Below are positions 12,340 through 23,998 of a stretch of DNA of 64,000 bases, piece after piece. The notes under the pieces are model-generated. The model was not told the origin of the DNA. It saw nothing but the letters and a program-made list of their open reading frames with translations, and did no database searches. Position numbers and translations under genes: made by a program. The first letter of the stretch is position 1; each line of letters starts with the position of its first letter. The stretch spans positions 33,016 to 97,015 of the forward strand of contig JAUCBJ010007125.1 of the NCBI GenBank assembly GCA_032718475.1. Direction: 5' to 3'. Source of the DNA: Nemertoderma westbladi (taxonomy: Eukaryota; Animalia; Xenacoelomorpha).

Positions 12340-14814
12340 ATGGACCCAAATCACCAAATTATCGGCGAATTACGTAACACGATAGATCTACTGGAATATT
12401 CGCAACCCGGATCCCCTGACTTTGATACAAATTGGAGCACCCTGCTAAATGAGAACGTGCGAGTCGTTAAATTCACCGGGCGAGAGGGACCGGATTCCAA
12501 GAATCTACGAGCCCTCCGGTTAGCCGATGCTAGTACGAGACTGAAAAGAACTCGGAACGCAAAGGCAACCAGAGGGGACGATTCGTCGTTTTGGGAAACG
12601 TTCCAGCAGAGCGTCTACAGATCCCAATGTTTGATCTACGACAACGAGGGAAACGCGACGCCCACCTCGAAAGCAATTACGTTGGCGAGATGTCAAAGTT
12701 TCGTCGACGACAAGAGTACGTACCTCGCCCACTGGGGAAACCTGTTGGAGTGTACGGCGACGCTTCGAGAGGAACGTATATCGACCATCCAAAATCGCGA
12801 CGACTACCAAGAAAAACACGGGGCGAAAGAATACGGTCGATCCTTGGTCGTCGTCCTCGGAACCCTGGACGGTTTGGTATTGGCGTGTCGAATATTTCCG
12901 ACACCCAGACAGGAAGTGCAGGCAGCCGGAGCGATCTGGTTGCTACCTTCGGAAATCCAAAAGATCCTCTTCGACTTCGACGTCATTAAAATCGGGTCGG
13001 ATATAAAGGCGGACGTCCGGAACGACTACGCGAACGCTCCTTCAGGAAGAAACCGACGAGATGACCTCAACGCCCTTAGCCATTGCGTCGACACTCAAAC
13101 GCTACTAGCCTGGTTACGATTCGCCGAGTTCATGCGAGGATTCCAAGAGGTGAGACCGACGAAATCCGGGATCGGCTACCTCGCTGTGCTAAATGGCGGC
13201 ATCAACTTCAAACCCCAGAAATTCCGGGACTATAATAAAATATATGGTGGATACCCGGGATTAGAAATAAAGAGCGAGCGAGAGGGTCGATGGAAGGATG
13301 TTGATCGGAAGTGGACGATACACCAAAGGTGGGAGAATCCCGATTGACGGAACTACGTCTACGTCGTTATGGAGTGCTACACTGTCGCTAAGTTTATCTG
13401 TAAAACTCTCGATAACCTTATTACGGCGGTTCCTCTTTCCTTCGTCGACTACGACTGGAACGAGGTTATAAACCACGTGTTCAAAGCGGTCGAGAACATC
13501 ACACTGGGAGAGACTAAAACGCTCGCTGTTATCGATTCCTGGGACGAGAGCGGACCTTACGACATCCCTACGATTACCGAACTTCTCGGTGCGGAGGAGC
13601 CTCTGATTTCTTCGGAAGGGGAAGAAATATGGCTAAATGAGGGTGTTCTACTCTCCACCCCGAAGCGACAACTCGAGCCGGAGGCCGCTTACTAACCGGC
13701 CGCCAAACGGGTTGCCTCCGCCGAACCAACGACGGAAGCGGGCGTTTCCTCACCACTCGGCTTCGGTAGCCCTGCGAGGGAGTTGGTTACTACCTTCGCG
13801 TTAAACGACTTCGGCGATATGTGCCAAAGGTTATCCCCGTATCCTTTCCCGGGTGGCGAAGACTGGTCGTCGGAGATTCCGAGTACCAGCAATCAACAGA
13901 CCCGCTCTGCGATATTGGTCGAGAAGGGCCTCAGCGCTGTGCTGACTCCCGACGATCTCCTCGGAATCCCTCCGTCGAAAACCCCGGCACCTCTTCGCCG
14001 ACCAGCGGTGGCTACTACACCCTCCGTTCCTCAGGATCCTATGCGACTAACCCGTTGGTACGCCGAGCAAACCGAATGGATCCATCGCCAGAAACGGTCG
14101 TCCGAGTTGAGACCGACGGGACACAAAGAAGGTTATCGTAGCGAGGACCTACTACGCAAAAGCCCAGCCTTCCGCAGGCTACCGACCACCGCGAATATTC
14201 AGAAGAGCGACCGACGACTCGAGTATCACGTCGGCGTCCCGATTCCGATATTCCCCGGTCGAGAGATGCAATTGGAGGTGTGCGGTGACTGTGGTTCGGA
14301 GCAGTGCCCACGCGGTAGAAGGAATCGGGTTACCGATTCGTGCCTCCAGCTCCTCGGGATACTCTATTGCCCATACTGCGCGACATCGGGCCACGACGTT
14401 TCCGTCTGCCCGATCCTATATAACCTCTGCACCACGTGCGGTTTCCGTGGACATTCCTCTAGCCCCCGCTGCTATATCAAATGTCCTACCAAAGACGTTA
14501 CCGCTATGGGAAATATGGTCATGTTTGAAACATACGCAAACAGCCACATGAAGACCAAGGTTCGGAGAAACGCTCGGAATATCGCGCAGGAGATGGCGTG
14601 CGGGTACTTCTCCTTCCCGGAACGCCTCCACACGTCGGCCACGCTGCCTTTCCATTACGTGGATTTGTTGCTGAGCGTCGGATTATTCGGCCCATTCGAA
14701 GTCATTAGACGCTTATACTCGTATAAAGAGGAGTTCGGTGACGGAGAGTGGTTCCTCGAGGTTCGCAACTCCGAGTTGGAACGACGAACCGATATGATCC
14801 CTGATCTGATCTGA
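12340..14814 (+). pseudogene. Extra ORF (ORF3) copy 1: DEDDy exonuclease-like plus CCHC; two in-frame stops, C-terminus cut by the duplication junction
   Basis: ORFs at 12340, 13369 and 13783 share one frame. The stops at 13345 (TGA) and 13693 (TAA) are CGA and CAA in copy 2. Confidence 0.75.
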
Positions 14815-14830
14815 TCCCGATGATTTTTAT

Positions 14831-17800
14831 AACTTTGTGGGAGGAGAAAGAGAACTTAGAGAGGCGATCGAGGGATGGTTTACCGATAACACCGCATCCC
14901 AAGTCTGGAAGGAACACCAGATACAGTGGCACTTCCAGACCCCCTTAGCACCCCATACGAGCGGGGTATAGGAGAAACTGATCGACCTAGTGAAACGATC
15001 CATGCGCGTCGCTCTAGGAGACACCCGGGTAACCCATGACACCCTCCGCACAACATTCTGCGAGATCACGGCTACCCTGAACAACCGACCCATTGTCCCT
15101 ATCCGCGACGACCCCACAGACCTGGAGCCCCTTACTCCTAATCACCTACTGGGGAGACCTAAAACTCATGTTCTCCCGGCGACAATGTTTCCGGATCCCA
15201 ACGATATTGCGAGACATACAAACTGGAAGAAGGCCCAAGCATTGGCAGCAGACTGGTGGAGAATCTGGGCCCAGGAGTACCTCATAACCCTCCGGACCAG
15301 GAGGAAGTGGAACAACACCTACAGGAATGTCGAAGTTGGCGACATGGTACTAGTAAAAGAAGACCTTAAAGACCGCGTCCACTGGCCTGTGGCGCGAGTT
15401 GTGACAATACATCCGAGTAAAGACGGACTTGCGAGGACTGTGACGATACGAACGGCAAAGGGCCACTACCAACGCCCTATCCAGAGGCTGTGCCTTCTTG
15501 AAGGCAATGACAGTGGTGATTCTACGAGAGGTGATAAGTTCCCTACTAAAGATCCTGCTGCAGACATTGGTGACAATTACAAATGCGTTTAAACCCTTCT
15601 CATCATGTTGACAAACTCTTTTAAACTGTGATTTATCGACAATGAAAATGGACCCCCCTTAAACCAACTGTAACCACGCAATGGTATTTGTGTTTCCTCG
15701 TGTGTTATGTGGAGTCCAGCGTCACCCTGCAGATGTTTCGACTGACGCAGGATCGTTTATGTATTGTTTACCCTGATTTTGGTCATCGGGACCGACGATA
15801 TTGGATTATTGGAAATGGAAAAGATTTGAAGTGGAATTCATTGTATTCATCGCAGTATGTTATGTTGTCCGTTGCGTGCGCAGTTCGGGGCGTAGGCGGT
15901 GTAACTAGTCCAGCTGTAGATCCCGGATTGCCGCGCAACACCCCCTCTATCCCGTTATTCTGGTGGGTCCATGGTGCATCCACGTGACTTCGACGATAGA
16001 GGGTTTTATGTTCTCAGTCGCGTTATTCTGGTGGGACCGTTGCGTGGATTTTGGGGCGTAGGCGGTGTAACTAGTCCAGCTGTAGATCCCAGAATGTTGC
16101 GTAACCCCATCCCACATGACTTCGTCGACTGAGCTTTATGTTGCTGGGAGTGTTATTCTGGTGGGTCCCTGGTGCATCCACGTGACTTCACTTCCAGCGT
16201 CTTCATTGTCCGTTACGTGCGCAGTTTGGGGCGTAGGCGGTGTAACTAGCCCAGCTGTAGATCCCAGATTGCCGCGTAACACCCCTTCCACGACAAAGAT
16301 TTCCCAAAGAAGATGATTGAATGTAGTTGGAAATGATGAAAAGAATCAGACAACTCTACTATAAACCTGAATGATGACGCGTATGATGATGAAAATGTAA
16401 TGATGCGCACCCTGGTGCTGCGCTTATAACAAATGATGATAGCCGGGGGGCTATAACCCCAATGATGATGTGGAAATAAATGAAATGTGAAATAAATGGT
16501 GGAAATAAATGTGTTGAAATATGTTGAAATAAATGAAATGAGATGAAATAATAACGAGAAATGAAAAAAGACAAAAAAAAAGGTATAAAAAAGTCTAAAG
16601 AAAAGAATTGGAAAAAAGAAAGGACATAAAAAGTCATAAAAAACTGGTTGGATATTAATGTATAGTTATAGTAACTGTAAATGCTGAATGTATTAGCAAT
16701 AAGATGATAGATGCCTATATAGCAATGTTATTTAATAAACTGAACTGAATTATTCTGCAATCACTATAGTTTCAGACTTTCTGGACTTATAATTAACTGA
16801 TCTAATTTGTAACGGATATAATCGTAAATATGGACCCAAATCGCCAAATTATCGGCGAATTACGTAACACGATAGATCTACTGGAATATTCGCAACCCGG
16901 ATCCCCTGACTTTGATACAAATTGGAGCACCCTGCTAAATGAGAACGTGCGAGTCGTTAAATTCACCGGGCGAGAGGGACCGGATTCCAAGAATCTACGA
17001 GCCCTCCGGTTAGCCGATGCTAGTACGAGACTGAAAAGAACTCGGAACGCAAAGGCAACCGGAGGGGACGATTCGTCGTTTTGGGAAACGTTCCAGCAGA
17101 GCGTCTACAGATCCCGATGTTTGATCTACGACAACGAGGGAAACGCGACGCCCACCTCGAAAGCGATTACGTTGGCGAGATGTCAAAGTTTCGTCGACGA
17201 CAAGAGTACGTACCTCGCCCACTGGGGAAACCTGTCGGAGTGTACGGCGACGCTTCGAGAGGAACGTATATCGACCATCCAAAATCGCGACGACTACCAA
17301 GAAAAACACGGGGCGAAAGAATACGGTCGATCCTTGGTCGTCGTCCTCGGAACCCTGGACGGTTTGGTATTGGTGTGTCGAATATTTCCGACACCCAGAC
17401 AGGAAGTGCAGGCAGCCGGAGCGATCTGGTTGCTACCTCCGGAAATCCAAAAGATCCTCTTCGACTTCGACGTCATTAAAATCGGGTCGGATATAAAGGC
17501 GGACGTCCGGAACGACTACGCGAACGCTCCTTCAGGAAGAAACCGACAAGACGACCTCAACGCCCTTAGCCATTGCATCGACACTCAAACGCTACTAGCC
17601 TGGTTACGATTCGCCGAGTTCATGCGAGGATTCCAAGAGGTGAGACCGACGAAATCCGGGATCGGCTACCTCGCTGTGCTAAACGGTAGCATCAACTTCA
17701 AACCCCAGAAATTCCGGGACTATAATAAAATATATGGTGGATACCCGGGATTAGAAATAAAGAGCGAGCGAGAGGGTCGATGGAAGGACGTTGATCGGAA

Positions 17801-19290
17801 GTGGACGATACACCAAAGGTGGGAGAATCCCGATCGACGGAACTACGTCTACGTTGTTATGGAGTGCTACACTGTCGCTAAGTTTATCTGTAAAACTCTC
17901 GATAACCTTATTACGGCGGTTCCTCTTTCCTTCGTCGACTACGACTGGAACGAGGTTATAAACCATGCGTTCAAAGCGGTTGAGAACATCACACCGGGAG
18001 AGACTAAAACGCTCGCTGTTATCGATTCCTGGGACGAGAGCGGACCTTACGACATCCCTACGATTACCGAACTTCTCGGTGCGGAGGAGCCTCTGATTTC
18101 TTCGGAAGGGGAAGAAATATGGCTAAATGAGGGTGTTCTACTCTCCACCCCGAAGCGATAACTCGAGCCGGAGGCCGCTTACCAACCGGCCACCAAACGG
18201 GTTGCCTCCGCCGAACCAACTACGGAAGCGGGCGTTTCCTCACCACTCGGCTTCGGTAGCCCTGCGAGGGAGTTGGTTACTACCTTCGCATTAAACGACT
18301 TCGGCGATACGTGCCAAAGGTTATCCCCGTATCCTTTCCCGGGTGGCGAAGACTGGTCGTCGGAGATTCCGAGTACCAGCAATCAACGGACCCGCTCTGC
18401 GATATTGGTCGAGAAGGGCCTCAGCGCTGCGCCGACTCCCGACGATCTCCTCGGAATCCCTCTGTCGAAAACCCCGGCACCTCTTCGCCGACCAGCGGTG
18501 GCTACTACACCCTCCGTTCCTCAGGATCCTATGCGACTAACCCGTTGGTACGCCGAGCAAACCGAATGGATCCACCGCCAGAAACGGTCGTCCGAGTTGA
18601 GACCGACGGGACACAAAGAAGGTTATCGTAGCGAGGACCTACTACGCAAAAGCCCAGCCTTCCGCGGGCTACCAACCACCACGAATATTCAGAAGAGCGA
18701 CCGACGACTCGAGTATCAAGTCGGCGTCCCGATTCCGATATTCCCCGGTCGAGAGATGCAATTGGAGGTGTGCGGTGACTGTGGTTCGGAGCAGTGCCCA
18801 CGCGGTAGAAGGAATCGGGTTACCGATTCGTGCCTCCAGCTCCTCGGGATACTCTATTGCCCATACTGCGCGACATCGGGCCGCGACGTTTCCGTCTGCC
18901 CGATCCTATATAACCTCTGCACCACGTGCGGTTTCCGTGGATATTCCTCTAGCCCCCGCTGCTATATCAAATGTCCTACCAAAGACGTTACCGCTATGGG
19001 AAATATGGTCATGTTTGAAACATACGCAAACAGCCACATAAAGACCAAGGTTCGGAGAAACGCTCGGAATATCGCGCAGGAGATGGCGTGCGGGTACTTC
19101 TCCTTCCCGGAACGCCTCCACACGTCGGCCACGCTGCCTTTCCATTACGTGGATTTGTTGCTGAGCGCCGGATTATTCGGCCCATTCGAAGTCATTAGAC
19201 GCTTATACTCGTATAAAGAGGAGTTCGGTGACGGAGAGTGGTTCCTCGAGGCTCGCAACTCCGAGTTGGAACGACGAACCGATATGATCC
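14831..19290 (+). repeat. Tandem duplicate of 10342-14801 (integrase 3' half, spacer and ORF3); period 4489-4490 bp
   Basis: Near-identical ORFs offset by 4489/4490 (11103 vs 15592; 12340 vs 16830), differing by scattered transitions. Confidence 0.97.
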
Positions 19291-19430
19291 CGATGCCATC
19301 GAAAGGAAGAGCCGCCAGGAGACAAGCCAAAGCGTTGCTCACGATGGATGTTGACGCTCCTCTACCAGCTATAGCGATCGACGAGAGCCGACGGGCGAAG
19401 AGGCGAAAGGCGTATCAGAGAAAGAAATAG
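16830..19430 (+). pseudogene. Extra ORF (ORF3) copy 2, full length (866 codons, one premature stop): WRN/EXD-like DEDDy 3'-5' exonuclease plus CCHC zinc knuckles
   Basis: Single frame from 16830 to 19430, with TAA at 18159 (CAA in copy 1). ExoI-like LIYDNEG, ExoII-like LP.EIQKIL.D.DVIKIGSDIKAD, IDTQ, SGIGYLA and ExoIII-like W....RRNYVYVVME. CX2CX4HX4C knuckles (His intact in copy 1). Basic C-terminal tail. Confidence 0.72.
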
Positions 19431-19604
19431 TGGATCGGGATATTCCAGGAACATTTATCGAACATTTATTTTTATACATATATATATAAACTCTAGGCCA
19501 AATTAATTAAAACTATGCAATATTAAATTTGGGTTTTTTATATTGGGAATGACCTACGCAAACTCAATCTACCGACAGACTTCACTAAGGTCATTGGGGG
19601 GGAC

Positions 19605-21098
19605 TGTTCGCGGTATTTCAACTTTCCATAACGCGAGTTGAATATTTTTTGTATTGATTTAAAATGATTATTCCGATATTACTACTGGATGCGGGACCAT
19701 GGGTTTTGGGCACATTCTATAAACTGGGGGCGATTTATGGGCGAACTTTGGGGCGACTTACAGGGTACGGGACTAATTTCATGTTCATAAGGGCCAGGGG
19801 GGATGGAAAATTCAAGCAGTATTCAGGTTAGCCTGATTACTATTAGGCCCTGGCCAACTTCCTGCTGCCTGTAGAGGTGGATTTGGTAACGCGCCAGGCC
19901 TAAAGGACAAGGACTGCCCTTAGCGGTCCCTGGCCAACAGCAGTTATTACGAGCCTGAAAAGGACATCGGAACGCCAGCTGCTTGTGTCAGGGACTTGCG
20001 ACGGGAAACGACACGACAGACCCCTAGCCAAGCCGTACTGGTTCTCAATGATCGTTCCCTTCGGGGTTCGTGATGGGTGGGACGGACACGCAAAAGGGTC
20101 TACCGACTAACAGAGGAAGGGTTTGACGAGGACTGCCCTTAGCGGTCTCTGGTCAACAGCAGTTATTACGAGCCTGAAAAGGACATCGGAACGCCGGCTG
20201 CTTGTACCAGGGATTTGCGACGGGAACCGACGACAGACCCCTTAGCCAAGCCGTACTGGTTCTCGATGCTCGTTCCCTTCGGGGTTCGTGAGGGGTGGGA
20301 CGGACACGCGACGGGGTCGAAAGACAAAGGACTGGACTCTACTGGCCTACCGACTGTTCGGAGCAGTTTCTCGGCTGCCGAAGCGACTACGAGCCTGAAA
20401 GGGACTCGGAAAGCCTAGGTGGTTGGGTTTCTGCGATGAACCGACGGACCCCTAGCCAAGCCATACTGGTTCTCGATGATCGTTCCCTTCGGGGTTCGTG
20501 AGGGGTGGGACGGACACGCGAACGGGTCCACCAACACGACAGACTCCTAGCCAAGCCGTACTGGTTCTCGATGACCGATCCCTTCGGGGTTCGAGAGGGG
20601 TGGTACGGATACGCGACAGAGTCTACCGACTGGACCGACCCTTAGCCAAGCCGTGCTGGTTCTCGATGATCGATCCCTTCGGGGTTCGGGAGGGGTGGAA
20701 CGGACAAGCGACAGTGTCGACCGACACCGACACTACAGCATCAAGACTAGGACCGAGGGAAAATCTGGGGAACATTAGTTAGGCTAAAATCTGAGCGAAC
20801 AGTGGGTAATTAAATAATATACTGTAGGGATTTATATTGTCGTGTATAATTATTGTGAATATTTGGTGTATATTGATTTGGGGAAGCCCAAAATTATTCT
20901 CAATCAGGGTTCAGTGAGATTAACTACATTAAAGAATATATCCAACCAATGCAGCTTTTTCTCAACCGCAATCCTGCATCTAAGAAATTCCTCCTTCTCC
21001 ACAATCAATATCCGGTGACTGGCCGGGACTCCATGGTCTGTAAAGCCCCGCCTCCAGCATCGGCGTTTTTCCCCCCTGGTGTCGGGATAACGGCAACA
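19605..21098 (+). repeat. 3' LTR of the BEL element (about 1.49 kb) with internal repeats
   Basis: Preceded by the PPT GGGGGGGAC. Starts TGTT, ends AACA. TATAAA near 19718. The satellite resumes immediately after. Confidence 0.85.
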
Positions 21099-22205
21099 CC
21101 GATAAGACAATAAATGGTAATTATACCCATTCTTACTAAAATCCCCGATAAGACAATAAATGGTAATTATAACACATTACTGAAATCCCCGATAAGACAA
21201 TAAATGGTAATTATACCCATTCTTACTGAAATTCCCGATAAGACAATAAATGGTAATTATACCCATTCTTACTGAAACCCCGAGAAGACAATAAATGGTA
21301 ATTATACCCATTCTTACTGAAATCCCCGAGAAGACAATAAATGGTAATTATACCCATTCTTACTGAAATCCCCGATAAGACAATAAATGGTAATTATACC
21401 CATTACTGAAATCCCCGAGAAGACAATAAATGGTAATTATACCCATTCTTACTGAAATCCCCGAGAAGACAATAAATGGTAATTATACCCATTACTGAAA
21501 TCCCCGAGAAGACAATAAATGGTAATTATACCCATTCTTACTGAAATCCCCGATAAGACAATAAATGGTAATTATACCCATTCTTACTGAAATCCCCGAG
21601 AAGACAATAAATGGTAATTATACCCATTCTTACTGAAATCCCCGAGAAGACAATAAATGGTAATTATACCCATTCTTACTGAAATCCCCGAGAAGACAAT
21701 AAATGGTAATTATACCCATTCTTACTGAAATCCCCGATAAGACAATAAATGGTAATTATACCCATTACTGAAATCCCCGAGAACACAATAAATAATAATT
21801 AATTCTTACTGAAATCCCCGAGAAGACAATAAATGGTAATTATACCCATTCTTACTGAAATCCCCGAGAAGACAATAAATGGTAATTATACCCATTCTTA
21901 CTGAAATCCCCGAGAAGACAATAAATGGTAATTATACCCATTCTTACTGAAATCCCCGAGAAGACAATAAATAGTAATTATATCCATTACTGAAATCCCC
22001 GATAAGACAATAAATGGTAATTATACCCATTCTTACTGAAATCCCCGATAAGACAATAAATGGTAATTATAACACATTACTGAAATCCCCGATAAGACAA
22101 TAAATGGTAATTATGCCCATTACTGAAATCCCCAAGAAGACAATAAATGGTAATTATACCCATTCTTACTGAAATCCCCGATAAGACAATAAATGGTAAT
22201 TATAC
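21099..22205 (+). repeat. 46-bp satellite, right arm (about 24 units, some 43-bp variants)
   Basis: Same unit as 4722-4975. Confidence 0.95.
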
Positions 22206-22399
22206 CGCTACCACACTCACGTCTGCACCCAGGATCCCGCAAACACCAATAGTCAATACAGGTGGAAAATCTAGAAACAGCTGAACTAGGTGTAGTGTGT
22301 TTGGTGAGTAATACCACCCCGACACTACATTAATATTATTACTATTAATAATTAATTAATATATTAAATAGGTATTATTATTATTATTATTATTTTATT

Positions 22400-23763
22400 A
22401 CAGCTATTGAGGGACACTGGGTGCATACGTGAGTGTGGTAGCACAGCTATTGAGGGGCACTGGGTACGGACGTGAGTTTGGTAGCACAGCTATTGAGGGG
22501 CACTGTGTGCATACGTGAGTATAGAAGCACAGCTGTTGAGGGACACTGGGTGCATACGTGAGTTTGGTAGCACAGCTATTGAGGGGCACTGGGTACATAC
22601 GTGAGTTTGGTAGCACAGCTATTGAGGGGCACTGTGTGCATACGTGAGTATAGAAGCACAGCTGTTGAGGGACACTGGTTGCATACGTGAGTTTGGTAGC
22701 ACAGCTATTGAGGGACACTGGGTACATACGTGAGTTTGGTAGCACAACTATTGATGGACACTGGGTGCATACGTGAGTATGGAAGCACAGCTGTTGAGGG
22801 ACACTGGGTGCGGACGTGAGTTTGGAAGCACATCTGTTGAGGGACACTGGTTGCATAAGTGAGTGTGGTAGCACAGCTATTGAGGGACACTGGGTGCAGA
22901 CGTGAGTTTGGTAGCACAGCTATTGAGGGACACTGGGCGCATACGTGAGTTTGGTAGCACAGCTATTGAGGGACACTGGGTGCATACGTGAGTTTGGTAG
23001 CACAACTATTGTGAGACACTGGGTGCATACGTGAGTATGGAAGCACAGCTGTTGAGGGACACTGGGTGCGGACGTCAGTTTGGAAGCACAGCTGTTGAGG
23101 GACACTGGGTGCATAAGTGAGTGTGGTAGCACAGCTATTGAGGGACACTGGGTGCAGACGTGAGTGTGGTAGCACAGCTATTGAGGGACACTGGGTGCAG
23201 ACGTGAGTGTGGTAGCACAGCTATTGAGGGACACTGGGTGCATATGTGTGGTAGCACAGCTATTGAGGGACACTGGGTGCATATGTGTGGTAGCACAGCT
23301 ATTGAGGGACACTGGGTGCATATGTGTGGTAGCACAGCTATTGAGGGACACTGGGTGCAGACGTGAGTGTGGTAGCACAGCTATTGAGGGACACTGGGTG
23401 CATACGTGAGTGTGGTAGCTATTGAGGGACACTGGATGCATACGTGAGTGTGGTAGCACAGCTATTGAGGGGCACTGGGTACATACGTGAGTTTGGTAGC
23501 ACAGCTATTGAGGGGCACTGGGTGCATACGTGAGTATAGAAGCACAGCTGTTGAGGGACACTGGGTGCATACGTGAGTTTGGTAACACAGCTATTGAGGG
23601 ACACTGGGTGCATACGTGAGTTTGGTAGCACAACTATTGAGGGACACTGGGTGCATACGTGAGTATGGAAGCACAGCTGTTGAGGGACACTGGGTGCATA
23701 CGTGAGTATGGAAGCACAGCTGTTGAGGGACACTGGGTGCATAAGTGAGTAATGGTAGCACAG
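22400..23763 (+). repeat. 43-bp satellite (about 32 units)
   Basis: Unit ACAGCTATTGAGGGACACTGGGTGCATACGTGAGTGTGGTAGC. An inverted partial copy lies at 22207-22232. Confidence 0.95.
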
Positions 23764-23831
23764 TGATCCCGAAGGTAGCACCCCCGATCCCATTTTAACA
23801 CCAACTATTGAATCTATTTGCTCTTTCACAG

Positions 23832-23998
23832 GCGACCCCGATGAGATCCGAATGCAGTCGTTGTTGATACGCGAACGTATACTGGGTGCCAAACACCCAG
23901 ACACGTCATATTATATAAGGTACCGTGGTGCGGTCTACGCGGACTCGGGTGACTTCCCTCGCTGTATAACACTATGGAGATACGCACTCGATCTGCAG
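23832..23998 (+). CDS. fem-1: fem-1 homolog, exon C
   Basis: ttcacag|GC acceptor. DPDEIRMQSLLIRERILGAKHPDTSYYIRYRGAVYADSGDFPRCITLWRYALDLQ is the highly conserved FEM1 block. CAG|gtaggt donor. Phases fit both neighbouring exons. Confidence 0.95.

Larger units (their letters stand above)
5200..21098 (+). mobile_element. BEL/Pao LTR retrotransposon, 5'-truncated, with internal tandem duplication and an extra ORF
   Basis: Domain order gag-PR-RT-RH-IN, triple CCHC gag, polypurine tract and a TGTT...AACA 3' LTR abutting the 46-bp satellite. Confidence 0.93.

Noticed and set aside
10342-19290. The 4.49-kb direct repeat as an LTR pair or as an assembly artefact
   Set aside because: It contains coding sequence and has no TG...CA ends. 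The copies carry distinct SNPs and a unique filler at the junction.
16830-19430. ORF3 as an envelope gene
   Set aside because: No evident signal peptide or transmembrane anchor. Nuclease-like and zinc-knuckle motifs and a basic tail are present instead.
20033-20703. LTR modules as SECIS elements or hammerhead ribozymes
   Set aside because: They have an ATGA/GA quartet, but the upper stem is too short and lacks apical adenines. There is no CUGANGA...GAAA hammerhead core.
22404-23904. Repetitive minus-strand ORFs (MLPHS...CATKLTYAPSVPQ)
   Set aside because: Products of the 43-bp satellite, antisense to a fem-1 intron.
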